The position numbers and the translations under genes are program-made. Shown piece by piece: positions 6,878-14,845 of a DNA stretch of 20,951 nucleotides. Below the pieces are notes generated by a model, which saw only the letters and a list, made by a program, of their open reading frames with translations, was not told the origin of the DNA and made no database searches. The DNA lies in the NCBI GenBank assembly GCA_002293455.1, contig DBDH01000102.1, positions 26,418 through 47,368 of the forward strand. Reading direction: 5' to 3'. The DNA comes from Treponema sp. UBA937 (lineage in GTDB: Bacteria > Spirochaetota > Spirochaetia > Treponematales > Breznakiellaceae). Every line of letters starts with the position of its first letter. Within the stretch, counting starts at the first letter, position 1.

Positions 6878-7782
6878 ACATCCGTGTAATAGAAATTCCG
6901 CTCGACTTCGGCGCAAGCCGCCGCGGCAGTGACATGGGGCCGTCCGCGATGCGGCTTGCGGGACTAAAACAAGAACTCAATAATCTGGGACATGAAAGTG
7001 AAGAACTCTTTCCCGGTATTCCTGTTCCGTCCCAGGAATTTCTGGAAATGGGTGATGAAAAAGCAAAGTATCTTGTGCCGATTGCCGAAGTTTGCGGAAA
7101 GCTCGCGAAAGAAGTTGAACGATGCATAGATGAAAAACTGTTTCCGCTCGTTCTCGGCGGCGATCATTCAATAGCGATAGGAACCCTTTCCGGGCTTGGT
7201 TCCGCATATAAAAAAAGAAACAAACGCTGGGGAACGCTCTGGGTGGATGCTCACGGCGATTTTAACACACCTGAAAGTACTTTGTCGGGAAACATTCACG
7301 GCATGTCTTTGGCCGCGCCCTGCGGTTACGGCCGTAAAGAATTGACAGCACTCCACGGTGATTTCCGGAAGCTGGATCCCAAGAATACGGCAATTGTCGG
7401 TGTCCGCGACCTTGACCCAAAAGAAAAAATCACTATGAAGGAAGCGGGGCTTTCGGTTTTTACGATGACCGATGTTGACCGTTTGGGAATCGCTGAAACA
7501 GCCAAACAGATCGTGCAATTTTTTAAAGATCGTGTGGATGTTCTTCATGTCAGTGTGGACATGGACGCCATGGACCCCATGACAGCGCCCGGCGTGGGAA
7601 TTCCGCTCTCAGGCGGATTTTCCTACCGCGAAGTGCTTTTCCTTGCGGAAACCCTTGCGGCATCCTCCCTGATAGGTTCAATCGAAATTGTAGAAGTAAA
7701 TCCGGTGCTCGACGTGAAAAACCAAACCGCCCGGATGGCAGTAGAGATAATAAGCAGGCTTTTAGGCGGAACTATTTATTAG
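6874..7782 (+). CDS. rocF: arginase (ureohydrolase family)
   Basis: Motifs GGDHSIAIG, VWVDAHGDFNTPESTLSGNIHGMSLA, SVDMDAMDPMTAPGVG, GGFSYRE. Collinear with Bacillus arginase from memory. Its start overlaps the gltX stop (ATGA). Confidence 0.85.
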   Translation: MNIRVIEIPLDFGASRRGSDMGPSAMRLAGLKQELNNLGHESEELFPGIPVPSQEFLEMGDEKAKYLVPIAEVCGKLAKEVERCIDEKLFPLVLGGDHSIAIGTLSGLGSAYKKRNKRWGTLWVDAHGDFNTPESTLSGNIHGMSLAAPCGYGRKELTALHGDFRKLDPKNTAIVGVRDLDPKEKITMKEAGLSVFTMTDVDRLGIAETAKQIVQFFKDRVDVLHVSVDMDAMDPMTAPGVGIPLSGGFSYREVLFLAETLAASSLIGSIEIVEVNPVLDVKNQTARMAVEIISRLLGGTIY

Positions 7783-8686
7783 GCTCCGCAGGAGGATACG
7801 CGTTAAACAGAGCCATCATTCCCGGCTTATTAAAAAGGGCGGCGTATTTCCTTGCGCTGGCTCCCAGAGCATCCGGATCATCAGCATTGGCGCCGGCTTT
7901 TAAAAGTTCGGCGGCGATTGTTTCATCATTCAGCCCGACCGCAATAACCAGGGCCGATTGACCGTCTTTGCTCCTTATGTTTACATCCACGCCAGCGGAA
8001 ATCAAATCCGTTACAATATCCAAAGACCTTCCCATACAGGCGTCAATCAAGGCCGAACTCCCCCTGTCATGCGACTGCTGGTTGATCTGGGCTCCGCCTT
8101 CAAGAAGAATCTTAACCATCAGCCTGTTACCCGTCCGGGCCGCCAGGTTCAAAAGCGGAACACCATTTGTATCCATTGCGTCCGGCAAAAAACCCGCTTT
8201 CAAAAACAATTCGGCAGCCCAGGTATTTTCTTCCCGAATACACCGCTCAAAAGATTCTTCGTTATAAGGAATTCCTATCGCTAAAAGATCATTTCTCGCC
8301 TGTTTTTGTACATCCTTGGCAATCCATACATGGAAATCTCCATTCAAAAAGACTTCCAAATCTTTTATGCTGTCACAAATCTTGATTTCATCGGAGCGGC
8401 TCGTATGAATATACGAAGGTTTGCGCCCAATTATAATAACAGGATTTTTAATACCAAAAGCATAGCCTAAACAAAGGCTTTCCCATGCTGTATCGGGATT
8501 AATAGCATTAATTATGACAAAAAGAGAAAATTCAGCAAAAATGTCTAAAAAATCATCTTTTTTCTTCCAATTTGGTCCAAATGACCTGGCACGAACATAA
8601 AGCGATCTTTCTGTAAGCAAACGCACCACTGCTTGAAGATGTTCCGATTCTTTTGCGTCATGAAGCACTAATATTTTCAACACCAT
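7772..8686 (-). CDS. TIR-like N-terminal domain fused to ankyrin repeats
   Basis: N-terminal ~130 aa parallel bacterial TIR domains from memory: LKILVLHDAKESEHLQAVVRLL vs YDLFISHASEDKEFVRPLAEAL; EFSLFVIINAINPDTAWESLCLGYAF vs SRFGVVVLSPNF..NWPQYELNGLV; NPVIIIG vs HKVILPI. C-terminal half (about 7816-8180) has 3-4 ankyrin repeats (G-xPLL-xAA-xG-x-x-V-x-LL-xGA). Lower GC by eye. Convergent 11-nt overlap with the arginase 3-prime end. Confidence 0.55.
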   Translation of the reverse strand: MVLKILVLHDAKESEHLQAVVRLLTERSLYVRARSFGPNWKKKDDFLDIFAEFSLFVIINAINPDTAWESLCLGYAFGIKNPVIIIGRKPSYIHTSRSDEIKICDSIKDLEVFLNGDFHVWIAKDVQKQARNDLLAIGIPYNEESFERCIREENTWAAELFLKAGFLPDAMDTNGVPLLNLAARTGNRLMVKILLEGGAQINQQSHDRGSSALIDACMGRSLDIVTDLISAGVDVNIRSKDGQSALVIAVGLNDETIAAELLKAGANADDPDALGASARKYAALFNKPGMMALFNAYPPAEPNK

Positions 8687-8790
8687 TCCCCTTTTTTAAT
8701 TTTCGGAAGAATAGAACATTTCGTTGACCAAAAAATGCAATATATAGAGCTCTTGCAAACTTTCGGAAGTTTTTGCAATTTTCCTGGGAT

Positions 8791-8824
8791 AAAAAAAGCT
8801 GTTTGTAAAGTATTTACAAACAGC
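8791..8824 (-). terminator. Rho-independent terminator for tRNA-Phe (perfect 12-bp stem, 3-nt loop, then T7 on the minus strand)
   Basis: GCTGTTTGTAAA-gta-TTTACAAACAGC at 8798-8824. The plus-strand A7 at 8791-8797 gives a U-tract immediately 3-prime of the hairpin on the minus strand. Confidence 0.7.
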
Positions 8825-8831
8825 CTTTGGA

Positions 8832-8904
8832 TGCCGCCAAAGGGAATTGAACCCTTGACACAAGGATTTTCAGTCCTTTGCTCTACCGACTGAGCTACAG
8901 CGGC
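8832..8904 (-). tRNA. tRNA-Phe (anticodon GAA)
   Basis: Minus strand reads GCCGCTG-TA-GCTC-AGTCGGTA-GAGC-A-AAGGA-CTGAAAA-TCCTT-GTGTC-AAGGG-TTCAATT-CCCTT-TGGCGGC-A. All arms pair; the acceptor has two G-U pairs. Confidence 0.85.
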
Positions 8905-8995
8905 CTGATAGGCTTATTTATACCTAACCAAAGAGATAATGTCAATAGATTATCAAAAAGATTTTTTCAATTCCGCAAAAAACAGGATGCGAATC

Positions 8996-10255
8996 CTACA
9001 TTTTTAACTTATCCAATGTCAAGTTTTTGAATTTTTTTATCGATTCCGCTCCCGGATCCAAAACAAGAGCGCTTTCGCAGTCAGACAAAGCCTTGGGATA
9101 ATCATTAAGATGAAAATACGCCTGCCCTCTTCTGAACAAGCAATAAGATTGATAAGGATTAATCTCTAAAGAATACGTAAAATCATCGATAGCCTTCACA
9201 TAATCCTGCAGCACTGAATAAACAATTCCCCGGTAATACGGAGCTCTGTAAGCCTTGGGGTCGAATTCCAAAACCCTGGAAAAATCATCGATGGCTTCCT
9301 GATATTTTGACTGAGCAAAAAAAGCCATTCCGCGGTGTTTATAAATAAGGGCCTTAATCACATCCGGCGGATTCAACTCAAATATTTTGCTGTATATTTT
9401 TACCGCCATGCCGAATTCGTTTTTATTGTGCGCGTACAGAGCATTCAGAAGCATATCATCAATGGAAGCGCCTGACGCGGGATAATCCAGACTTGAAGGA
9501 TCGATAAACGTATCATCTTCACGATACTTATCGTCTTGGAGAGCTGCTTTCTCATCAAAAAAGATAATCTCATCCGAAAAGTTATCAACTTTATGATAAA
9601 AAGTACCTCTTCGTTTATCCAACTGCCGGTTTAATCGGCGCTGATAGTCCCGAATTTCCTGAAATATGGTATCCGCCAATGAAAGAGACGCGTTTACCGC
9701 CGCCAGTTTTCGTTTTAAAGGAGTATCAAAAGGATTAAAATCAGCTTTGTACACCAATTCATGTTCAACTTCCGCCCACGCGTCCTGCAAAATCGTTCTA
9801 ATTTGAACTTCCGCGGCGTCCGTACCAAAATCTCCATATTTTTCCAAAATATGCGGAGGGATTTTTATGATGACATGCGTTGATTCATAGCCGAACTCTT
9901 TAAAAGAATAGTCCGATCCTTTGCGTTCTATCTCGATGATCTCAAAATTTTTTTTCAGGATTTCTTCAACATGACGCAGATCTTCCATGAAGGGACAAAT
10001 AACCCGAATTCCCATAAGATCGGCAACAAAAGGCTGTTCATCCTTGGAAGGAGAATTCTTTAACAGTCTGATATATTTTTTAAAAAAACTATTAAAATCC
10101 TTTACGCGGCTCTTAATGGAAGGAAGCGAAGGAAGCTCTTTGAGCAACAATGCAATGTCTTCGTGAAGTTCTTTTACGACGAGTATTCTTACATCACTAT
10201 GTTTATAAAATTTTTCTTGCAGCCGGCCTTTGTCAGGTAATTCTCCATTTTGCAT
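8996..10255 (-). CDS. RelA/SpoT-family small alarmone synthetase (SAS) domain fused to C-terminal TPR repeats
   Basis: Synthetase core LMGIRVICPF...YESTHVIIKIP...AEVQIRTILQDAWAEVEHELVYK matches the RelQ/RelP-type EIQIRT..W..EH..YK signature; no HD hydrolase domain. The C-terminal ~150 aa have 3-4 TPR units (AIDDF...LE.DP.....YYRG). Start taken at the ATG at 10255 (AAGGG 8 nt upstream); the ORF track's GTG at 10264 is an alternative. AT-rich by eye. Confidence 0.65.
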   Translation of the reverse strand: MQNGELPDKGRLQEKFYKHSDVRILVVKELHEDIALLLKELPSLPSIKSRVKDFNSFFKKYIRLLKNSPSKDEQPFVADLMGIRVICPFMEDLRHVEEILKKNFEIIEIERKGSDYSFKEFGYESTHVIIKIPPHILEKYGDFGTDAAEVQIRTILQDAWAEVEHELVYKADFNPFDTPLKRKLAAVNASLSLADTIFQEIRDYQRRLNRQLDKRRGTFYHKVDNFSDEIIFFDEKAALQDDKYREDDTFIDPSSLDYPASGASIDDMLLNALYAHNKNEFGMAVKIYSKIFELNPPDVIKALIYKHRGMAFFAQSKYQEAIDDFSRVLEFDPKAYRAPYYRGIVYSVLQDYVKAIDDFTYSLEINPYQSYCLFRRGQAYFHLNDYPKALSDCESALVLDPGAESIKKFKNLTLDKLKM

Positions 10256-10276
10256 CAATAACACCCTTCAGATGAA

Positions 10277-10305
10277 GTGATTGCAAAACTTTAGTTTACA
10301 ATCAC
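10277..10305. promoter_or_regulatory. Imperfect palindrome GTGATTGCAAAAC-tttag-GTTTACAATCAC just upstream of the SAS-TPR gene; candidate operator
   Basis: 7-bp perfect outer arms (GTGATTG/CAATCAC) plus inner AAAC/GTTT. Located 13-40 nt upstream of the CDS start on the minus strand. Confidence 0.3.
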
Positions 10306-10411
10306 AACTACTTAAAAATGCATTTTTCGCAGTCTGCGAACCAAGGTTCGTTGACGAGAACATGCCTGAACCTCGGCAACAATACCCAAGATTCAATTTC
10401 TGAAAAAAAAA

Positions 10412-10439
10412 CCGTCTTAAATGGTTTAAGACGGTTTTT
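10412..10439. terminator. Bidirectional rho-independent terminator (CCGTCTTAAA-tgg-TTTAAGACGG flanked by A9 and T5) ending the flaA-like gene
   Basis: Perfect 10-bp stem at 10412-10434. On the minus strand it sits 23 nt after the flaA-like stop and is followed by T9. Confidence 0.65.
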
Positions 10440-10461
10440 GTGTCAACGAATCTATACCGGA

Positions 10462-11490
10462 CTATTCGGCGCTGTCCTCGCCAGCCGGAGTGAAACTGTT
10501 TTCTGTGGCCTGTTTCTGGCCTTCAAGATACCGGAGTACCTGGGCTTCACCAAACTGGGACATTTCATAAGCCTTTTTCTGGGCTTCCCGGTCTTTGATG
10601 ATATTCCACAAGCCTTCGTCATCAATATCCCGATTATCATCCAATACTGCCCTATCGTAGATGATCCTTACGTCTTTGAAGTAAGCGATAAAATCGCCGC
10701 CTTCATGAGAAGCGTCCCTCTGAACAAGGAATCCGCCGAACTTTACGAAAGGAGTTGACTTGGGATACAAGGGATACAGCCGGAGTTCACGGTTGCGGAC
10801 TTCCTGCACATACTGGGGATTATTCCACACGAGTTCTTTCCAGCCGTCATAACGAAGATAACCCATGAACGTGGTCTGCTCGTTGCCTTCGGCATCGATA
10901 AGGATGGTGCTCAAAGCATGGGGAAAGTTAAGACCATACGCATTCACCGCAATGGCTTTAATAGTGCCGACATTCTTTACGACGCCGTATCCGTCTTCAA
11001 AACGGCTGGGATCGCTCATTGAAGCGTCTTCCGACGCGGTGATATTTCCCTGATCATCTACTTCCGCGGGAAGCTCAAAAGCGGGAATATCAAACGGCGG
11101 TTTAATAACGGCCCAAGATTGGAACGGTTCCACGGGGAAATGCACTCTTACGCCCATAACAGTGCCATACCGCGTAGAAGCAGCCTCTGAGGTATAGCTC
11201 AAAACCTGATTGGAAGTAGTCCTGGAAGAAGATGCAAGCACTACATCCCAGTTAGGAATGGCGAGAGAAGTCTTCATCACAGATCGTTGCTCTTCTGTGA
11301 AGCCGCTGCCGGCGACATTGGAAAAATCCATCATGGTTGCACGGTTTTGGTTGGGATTGTCGTCCTGATCATCGGGCATAGTGTCAATGTCTGCAATAAG
11401 CTTACCGAAATCGATCAAAACAGCCTCATCCGCAAACAAAACTCCCACAGTCAACACAACGATGGCAAAAAGAATGAACATCCGTTTCAT
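10462..11490 (-). CDS. flaA: flagellar filament outer-layer (sheath) protein FlaA-like, secreted
   Basis: Signal peptide MKRMFILFAIVVLTVGVLFA. Blocks recalled from spirochete FlaA (VLIDFGKL, NWDVVLASSSR, RVHFPVEPFQSWAVIKPPFDIPAFE, GLNFPHALS, DGWKELVWNNPQYVQEVRNREL). Monocistronic with its own sigma70 promoter and terminator. RBS GGAG 6 nt upstream. Confidence 0.55.
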   Translation of the reverse strand: MKRMFILFAIVVLTVGVLFADEAVLIDFGKLIADIDTMPDDQDDNPNQNRATMMDFSNVAGSGFTEEQRSVMKTSLAIPNWDVVLASSSRTTSNQVLSYTSEAASTRYGTVMGVRVHFPVEPFQSWAVIKPPFDIPAFELPAEVDDQGNITASEDASMSDPSRFEDGYGVVKNVGTIKAIAVNAYGLNFPHALSTILIDAEGNEQTTFMGYLRYDGWKELVWNNPQYVQEVRNRELRLYPLYPKSTPFVKFGGFLVQRDASHEGGDFIAYFKDVRIIYDRAVLDDNRDIDDEGLWNIIKDREAQKKAYEMSQFGEAQVLRYLEGQKQATENSFTPAGEDSAE

Positions 11491-11540
11491 TCACAGCTCC
11501 TTTATATTTAAAGTTTCACCTTTACTCTAGATAGTATAGA

Positions 11541-11568
11541 AGTATACGAGATACGTCTAATTTGTCAA
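11541..11568 (-). promoter_or_regulatory. sigma70-like promoter for flaA-like gene (TTGACA-16nt-TATACT)
   Basis: On the minus strand: TTGACA (rc of 11563-11568), 16-nt spacer, TATACT (rc of 11541-11546). About 40-nt leader to a GGAG RBS. Confidence 0.5.
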
Positions 11569-11587
11569 CGCCTTTTGCGCCAATTCC

Positions 11588-12079
11588 TCATATATATTTA
11601 TCATATATTGAAATATTCTGTAAAAAAACTTCATTTCCGTTAATGAACAACATGATGTTGTCAACGTAAGCGAAATTCCGTTTTATTCCCGAAACAAGGG
11701 TAAAAAGGTTTTCGTTGGCATCCTTTGTTCCGTTAAGCGGCGCCAGCGCGGCGCCTTCGGAAAGGTTAATATACACATTTTTGCCCCGGCAAAAAAGCGA
11801 TTCCAGCCTCGTTCCCTCCGGAAAAAGCGGCGCCGTATCGAGGCCTGCCGGTCCTAGAAGAACTTCATCAACATATCTTGTTAAAGATTCTTCCCCGGTT
11901 TCCGCGGCGGGAATCATCCTATCTTCGATTACAGGGATTCCATCCTTAATTGTGTAAAAAACCATGGTGTATCTGTCATTGCCGGTCACAAGGAAATCCG
12001 CCAGGGCTGCCGCTCCCAGCAAAATCAAACAGCACAGCAAAAACACCGGTTTACGCCAAAAAAAAACCTTAGAACTCAT
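11588..12079 (-). CDS. GerMN-domain (sporulation/germination-like) lipoprotein or secreted protein, last gene of the operon
   Basis: N-terminal hydrophobic segment with Cys (LLCCLILLGAAALA). GerMN-like pattern: YTMVFY...IPVIEDRMIP...LTRYVDEVLLGP...LFPEGTRL...NVYINLS. ATGA overlap with the upstream amidase stop. Confidence 0.55.
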   Translation of the reverse strand: MSSKVFFWRKPVFLLCCLILLGAAALADFLVTGNDRYTMVFYTIKDGIPVIEDRMIPAAETGEESLTRYVDEVLLGPAGLDTAPLFPEGTRLESLFCRGKNVYINLSEGAALAPLNGTKDANENLFTLVSGIKRNFAYVDNIMLFINGNEVFLQNISIYDKYI

Positions 12080-13161
12080 TGAATTTGAGTAAATCCTCCG
12101 GACCGTTCAAATCTACCGACAAAATCCACGATACCATTATACAACGCATCGGAAAGCTTCTGCAAGTAGTCCGCGTCTAGAAGCAGTTTCGCGTCATCTA
12201 TATTCGATACAAAGCCAAGTTCCACCAAAACGGAAGGCATCCGCGCGTTTCTTACGACAAACCATTCTTCGGCCTTTATGCCGCGGGATGGTCCGTAGCT
12301 CCCGATATTCCGATCAAACTGCGTCATGATGGACTGGGCGATCATGATGCTTTCGGTGGTAAATTCTTCTTCCATCATCAAATTAAGGATGTCAAGGACT
12401 TCGGAACTTCCTTCAAATGATTCTTTGTCGATCACCGTTCTGCGGTATTCCGGCGAAAGGTACCATACTTCATATCCTCTCGCCTGTTTATTGAACGACG
12501 CGTTGGCGTGAACGGAGACAAAAACGATGGCTTCGTTATCTTTCAGCGGCACCGAGTGAGCTTCAAGCACCCGGTCTTCAAGCGTTGGAAAGGTATCGCT
12601 GTCTCTGGTCATGATAATGCGTTTATCGGGATACGCGGAGGTCAGCCGCTTGTTAAGACCTGTTGATACGTGTAACACAATATCTTTTTCCACCACCTTT
12701 ACTGTTTTTCCATCAATTACATGACTTCCTACGGCTCCGCTGTCCCGTCCGCCGTGTCCGGGATCGATAATGATCGCGGCAATCCGGAGGCTGTCCGCGT
12801 CCAATATTACGGAATTTTCCAAAGCTGATGTAATATGTCCGGCAAAGGCTTCGGGAAAACAGAGAACGCCGTTTTCCAGGTAAGGATTCGGGATTCGGAT
12901 TAAATCTCTGCCGTCCACTATCGCAAGAGAATTATCTCCTCTGTTCCCTGTCTGAAACGCAATGCGATGATTTCCCAAAAGGAGCGTTCCGGATTGAAAA
13001 AAAGGATCCCATTGAAGGCTTTCCGCCCCGGTTTTTGAGAGAAGTTCCTCTGTGTTCAAAGTTACTTCGGAATTTTCTCCGTACAACGGAAGCGGAAAAA
13101 GAACGGAAACCGTTATCAATATGAGAAGAAATGTATGGTTACGAAGATCCTTCTTCATCAA
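12076..13161 (-). CDS. N-acetylmuramoyl-L-alanine amidase (Amidase_3 family, AmiC/CwlD-like), secreted
   Basis: Signal peptide. Catalytic-domain signature IIDPGHGGRDSGAVG...VFVSVHANA...GYEVWY. The frequent GerMN plus amidase pairing supports both calls. Confidence 0.8.
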   Translation of the reverse strand: MMKKDLRNHTFLLILITVSVLFPLPLYGENSEVTLNTEELLSKTGAESLQWDPFFQSGTLLLGNHRIAFQTGNRGDNSLAIVDGRDLIRIPNPYLENGVLCFPEAFAGHITSALENSVILDADSLRIAAIIIDPGHGGRDSGAVGSHVIDGKTVKVVEKDIVLHVSTGLNKRLTSAYPDKRIIMTRDSDTFPTLEDRVLEAHSVPLKDNEAIVFVSVHANASFNKQARGYEVWYLSPEYRRTVIDKESFEGSSEVLDILNLMMEEEFTTESIMIAQSIMTQFDRNIGSYGPSRGIKAEEWFVVRNARMPSVLVELGFVSNIDDAKLLLDADYLQKLSDALYNGIVDFVGRFERSGGFTQIQ

Positions 13162-13179
13162 ACTTTTACCTCTGTGTAA

Positions 13180-14766
13180 TTATCTCCGCGGCAGCATATC
13201 CAAAAAATATACCGCTCCCTGATAACCGCCGCGGATAAGGCTTTGCCAGAATTCCCTGCCAAGAAAGCTTTCATTTTGAAGATCGGCATTTTTGGGAAAT
13301 TTCCATGAAATTTCCTCCGCGATTTCCAAGGTATAGCCGCTAAGTTTTCTTAGCGCGGAGAAAACCTGAGCGATATTTCGGCCCATGTAATCGAGCGGGT
13401 TCCTCTGTGTAAATTCCGGAAAAGGATAAACCATTAAGTTTTTTTCTTTGTTTGACAAAAAATTACACAGAGGAAGATTATTCAGATGCTTGCGCGTATT
13501 TTCATCAAGAGGAAACGCGTTCGGAGGAAAATCTGTCCAAGTTTGCAGGAATTGTTCTGTTTCCTCGTTCGGCGCTTCCAAACGGATAAGGATGCTTTGA
13601 GCCGCCGTTTCCGCGGTGTGGACAGCTTCTTCACGGCCTGGAGCGGCTGTTATGATGTTTCCGCACTTACTGACATTATTTTCCGGAAACGCAACATGGC
13701 TTCCCTTTTCTATCCGTAAAAAAACATCTTTGACACGCGGCATTTTTTCCGCGTCATCTATTCCTTGAATCGATTGTACGATTCCCGGAATGGAAATAAA
13801 GGCCCGCTCCGCGCTGGTCCATTGTTTTGACGGTTCCAGGCAGTCCGGCTTTTTCCCCAGACACACCATAATCGCGGCCTTTGCGGGTTCTACGCCGGAT
13901 GCATACGGATACGTCCATCCCGACATGTATCCGCCTGAAAGCCGTGCCGCGATTTCCCCGATCATGGGGCCGCGCTTTGTCAATTTTATGTCGCCTTTGG
14001 CGGCTCCGTTCTGGATTCCCAAAACGTTTACACCCTGTGTAAAAACCTCGATAATCGCTTTTTGCTTGTCTTCATCAATATTCGTGGGCATGGTGTGGCC
14101 CATTTCAATAAAACAGGGCGGGAAAAAGATGTGCCGGTCCGCCAGGCCGCAAATCGTAATGTTTCCTTCGTAAACGACGGCATCTACCGAAAATTCGGGG
14201 CCGTCCATATATTCTTCGATGATCGCGCGTCCGGTCCGGGAAAATTTCAGGGCATCACGCGCCGCGCCGATCAAATCTTCGGAAGAAGAAACTTTCCGGC
14301 ATCCTCTGGAACCCATGTTGTCCACGGGCTTAACCACCGCGGGAAAATCGAAAGGGAGGATAAAACCATCACCGGGAACGGCATCAATTATCGTAAATTC
14401 CGGAGACGGAATTCCGGCTTTTTTAAAACGGCCGCGCATCCGCTGTTTGTCGGAAGCGTCAAGAGCGCTTTCGTAGGAGATTCCCGGAAGCCCAAGTTTT
14501 TCGGCCGTCCAGGCGACAGAAGCGGAAAAATCGGTTCCCGCGGTCATGATTCCGCTTAACCCGCCGTCATCTTTCAGGGAGCGGGCAAAATGCTCAATGG
14601 CTTGTATATCTTTTAAATCGATGCGTTCAAAATGATCCGCCAAATGTACGCAGGGAGCTTTTGGATCGGCGTCCAGTACAAAGGTTTCCAGGTCCATGTT
14701 TTTCGCAATCGTAATAGCGGGGCCCTGCATGACCCCCGCTCCAAGGATGATTATCCGTTCTTTCAT
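13180..14766 (-). CDS. ATP-grasp domain enzyme (carboxylate-amine ligase type) with ~200-aa C-terminal extension of unknown function
   Basis: N-terminal Rossmann pre-ATP-grasp module (RIIILGAGVMQGP). Central ATP-grasp features (AVVKPVDNMGSRGCRKV, IIEEYMDGPEFSVDAVV, GEIAARLSGGY). The C-terminal ~200 aa (from about FISIPGI) have no recognisable motifs. Confidence 0.55.
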   Translation of the reverse strand: MKERIIILGAGVMQGPAITIAKNMDLETFVLDADPKAPCVHLADHFERIDLKDIQAIEHFARSLKDDGGLSGIMTAGTDFSASVAWTAEKLGLPGISYESALDASDKQRMRGRFKKAGIPSPEFTIIDAVPGDGFILPFDFPAVVKPVDNMGSRGCRKVSSSEDLIGAARDALKFSRTGRAIIEEYMDGPEFSVDAVVYEGNITICGLADRHIFFPPCFIEMGHTMPTNIDEDKQKAIIEVFTQGVNVLGIQNGAAKGDIKLTKRGPMIGEIAARLSGGYMSGWTYPYASGVEPAKAAIMVCLGKKPDCLEPSKQWTSAERAFISIPGIVQSIQGIDDAEKMPRVKDVFLRIEKGSHVAFPENNVSKCGNIITAAPGREEAVHTAETAAQSILIRLEAPNEETEQFLQTWTDFPPNAFPLDENTRKHLNNLPLCNFLSNKEKNLMVYPFPEFTQRNPLDYMGRNIAQVFSALRKLSGYTLEIAEEISWKFPKNADLQNESFLGREFWQSLIRGGYQGAVYFLDMLPRR

Positions 14767-14845
14767 GTAAACCCCAAAATCAATTAACAGTGATCAATGA
14801 GCATTGAGCAAATGACAAATAGAACATCTTACTTTTGTTATTTGT

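Noticed and set aside
7168-8284. Several 60-130-aa ORFs on both strands within the arginase and TIR-ANK genes (e.g. 7168-7548 minus, 7958-8284 plus)
   Set aside because: They are nested in or antisense to longer ORFs with strong family signatures and have no start-site support.
8760-8790. sigma54 (-24/-12) promoter reading of CGGAAGTTTTTGCAA and the TTGCAA motifs
   Set aside because: The GG-to-GC spacing is 9 nt rather than the required 11, and there is no TGGCAC-like -24 element. It is treated as a generic dyad or repeat instead.
10318-10758. 146-aa plus-strand ORF
   Set aside because: It overlaps the terminator and the 3-prime end of the flaA-like gene on the opposite strand, and is low-complexity with no motifs.
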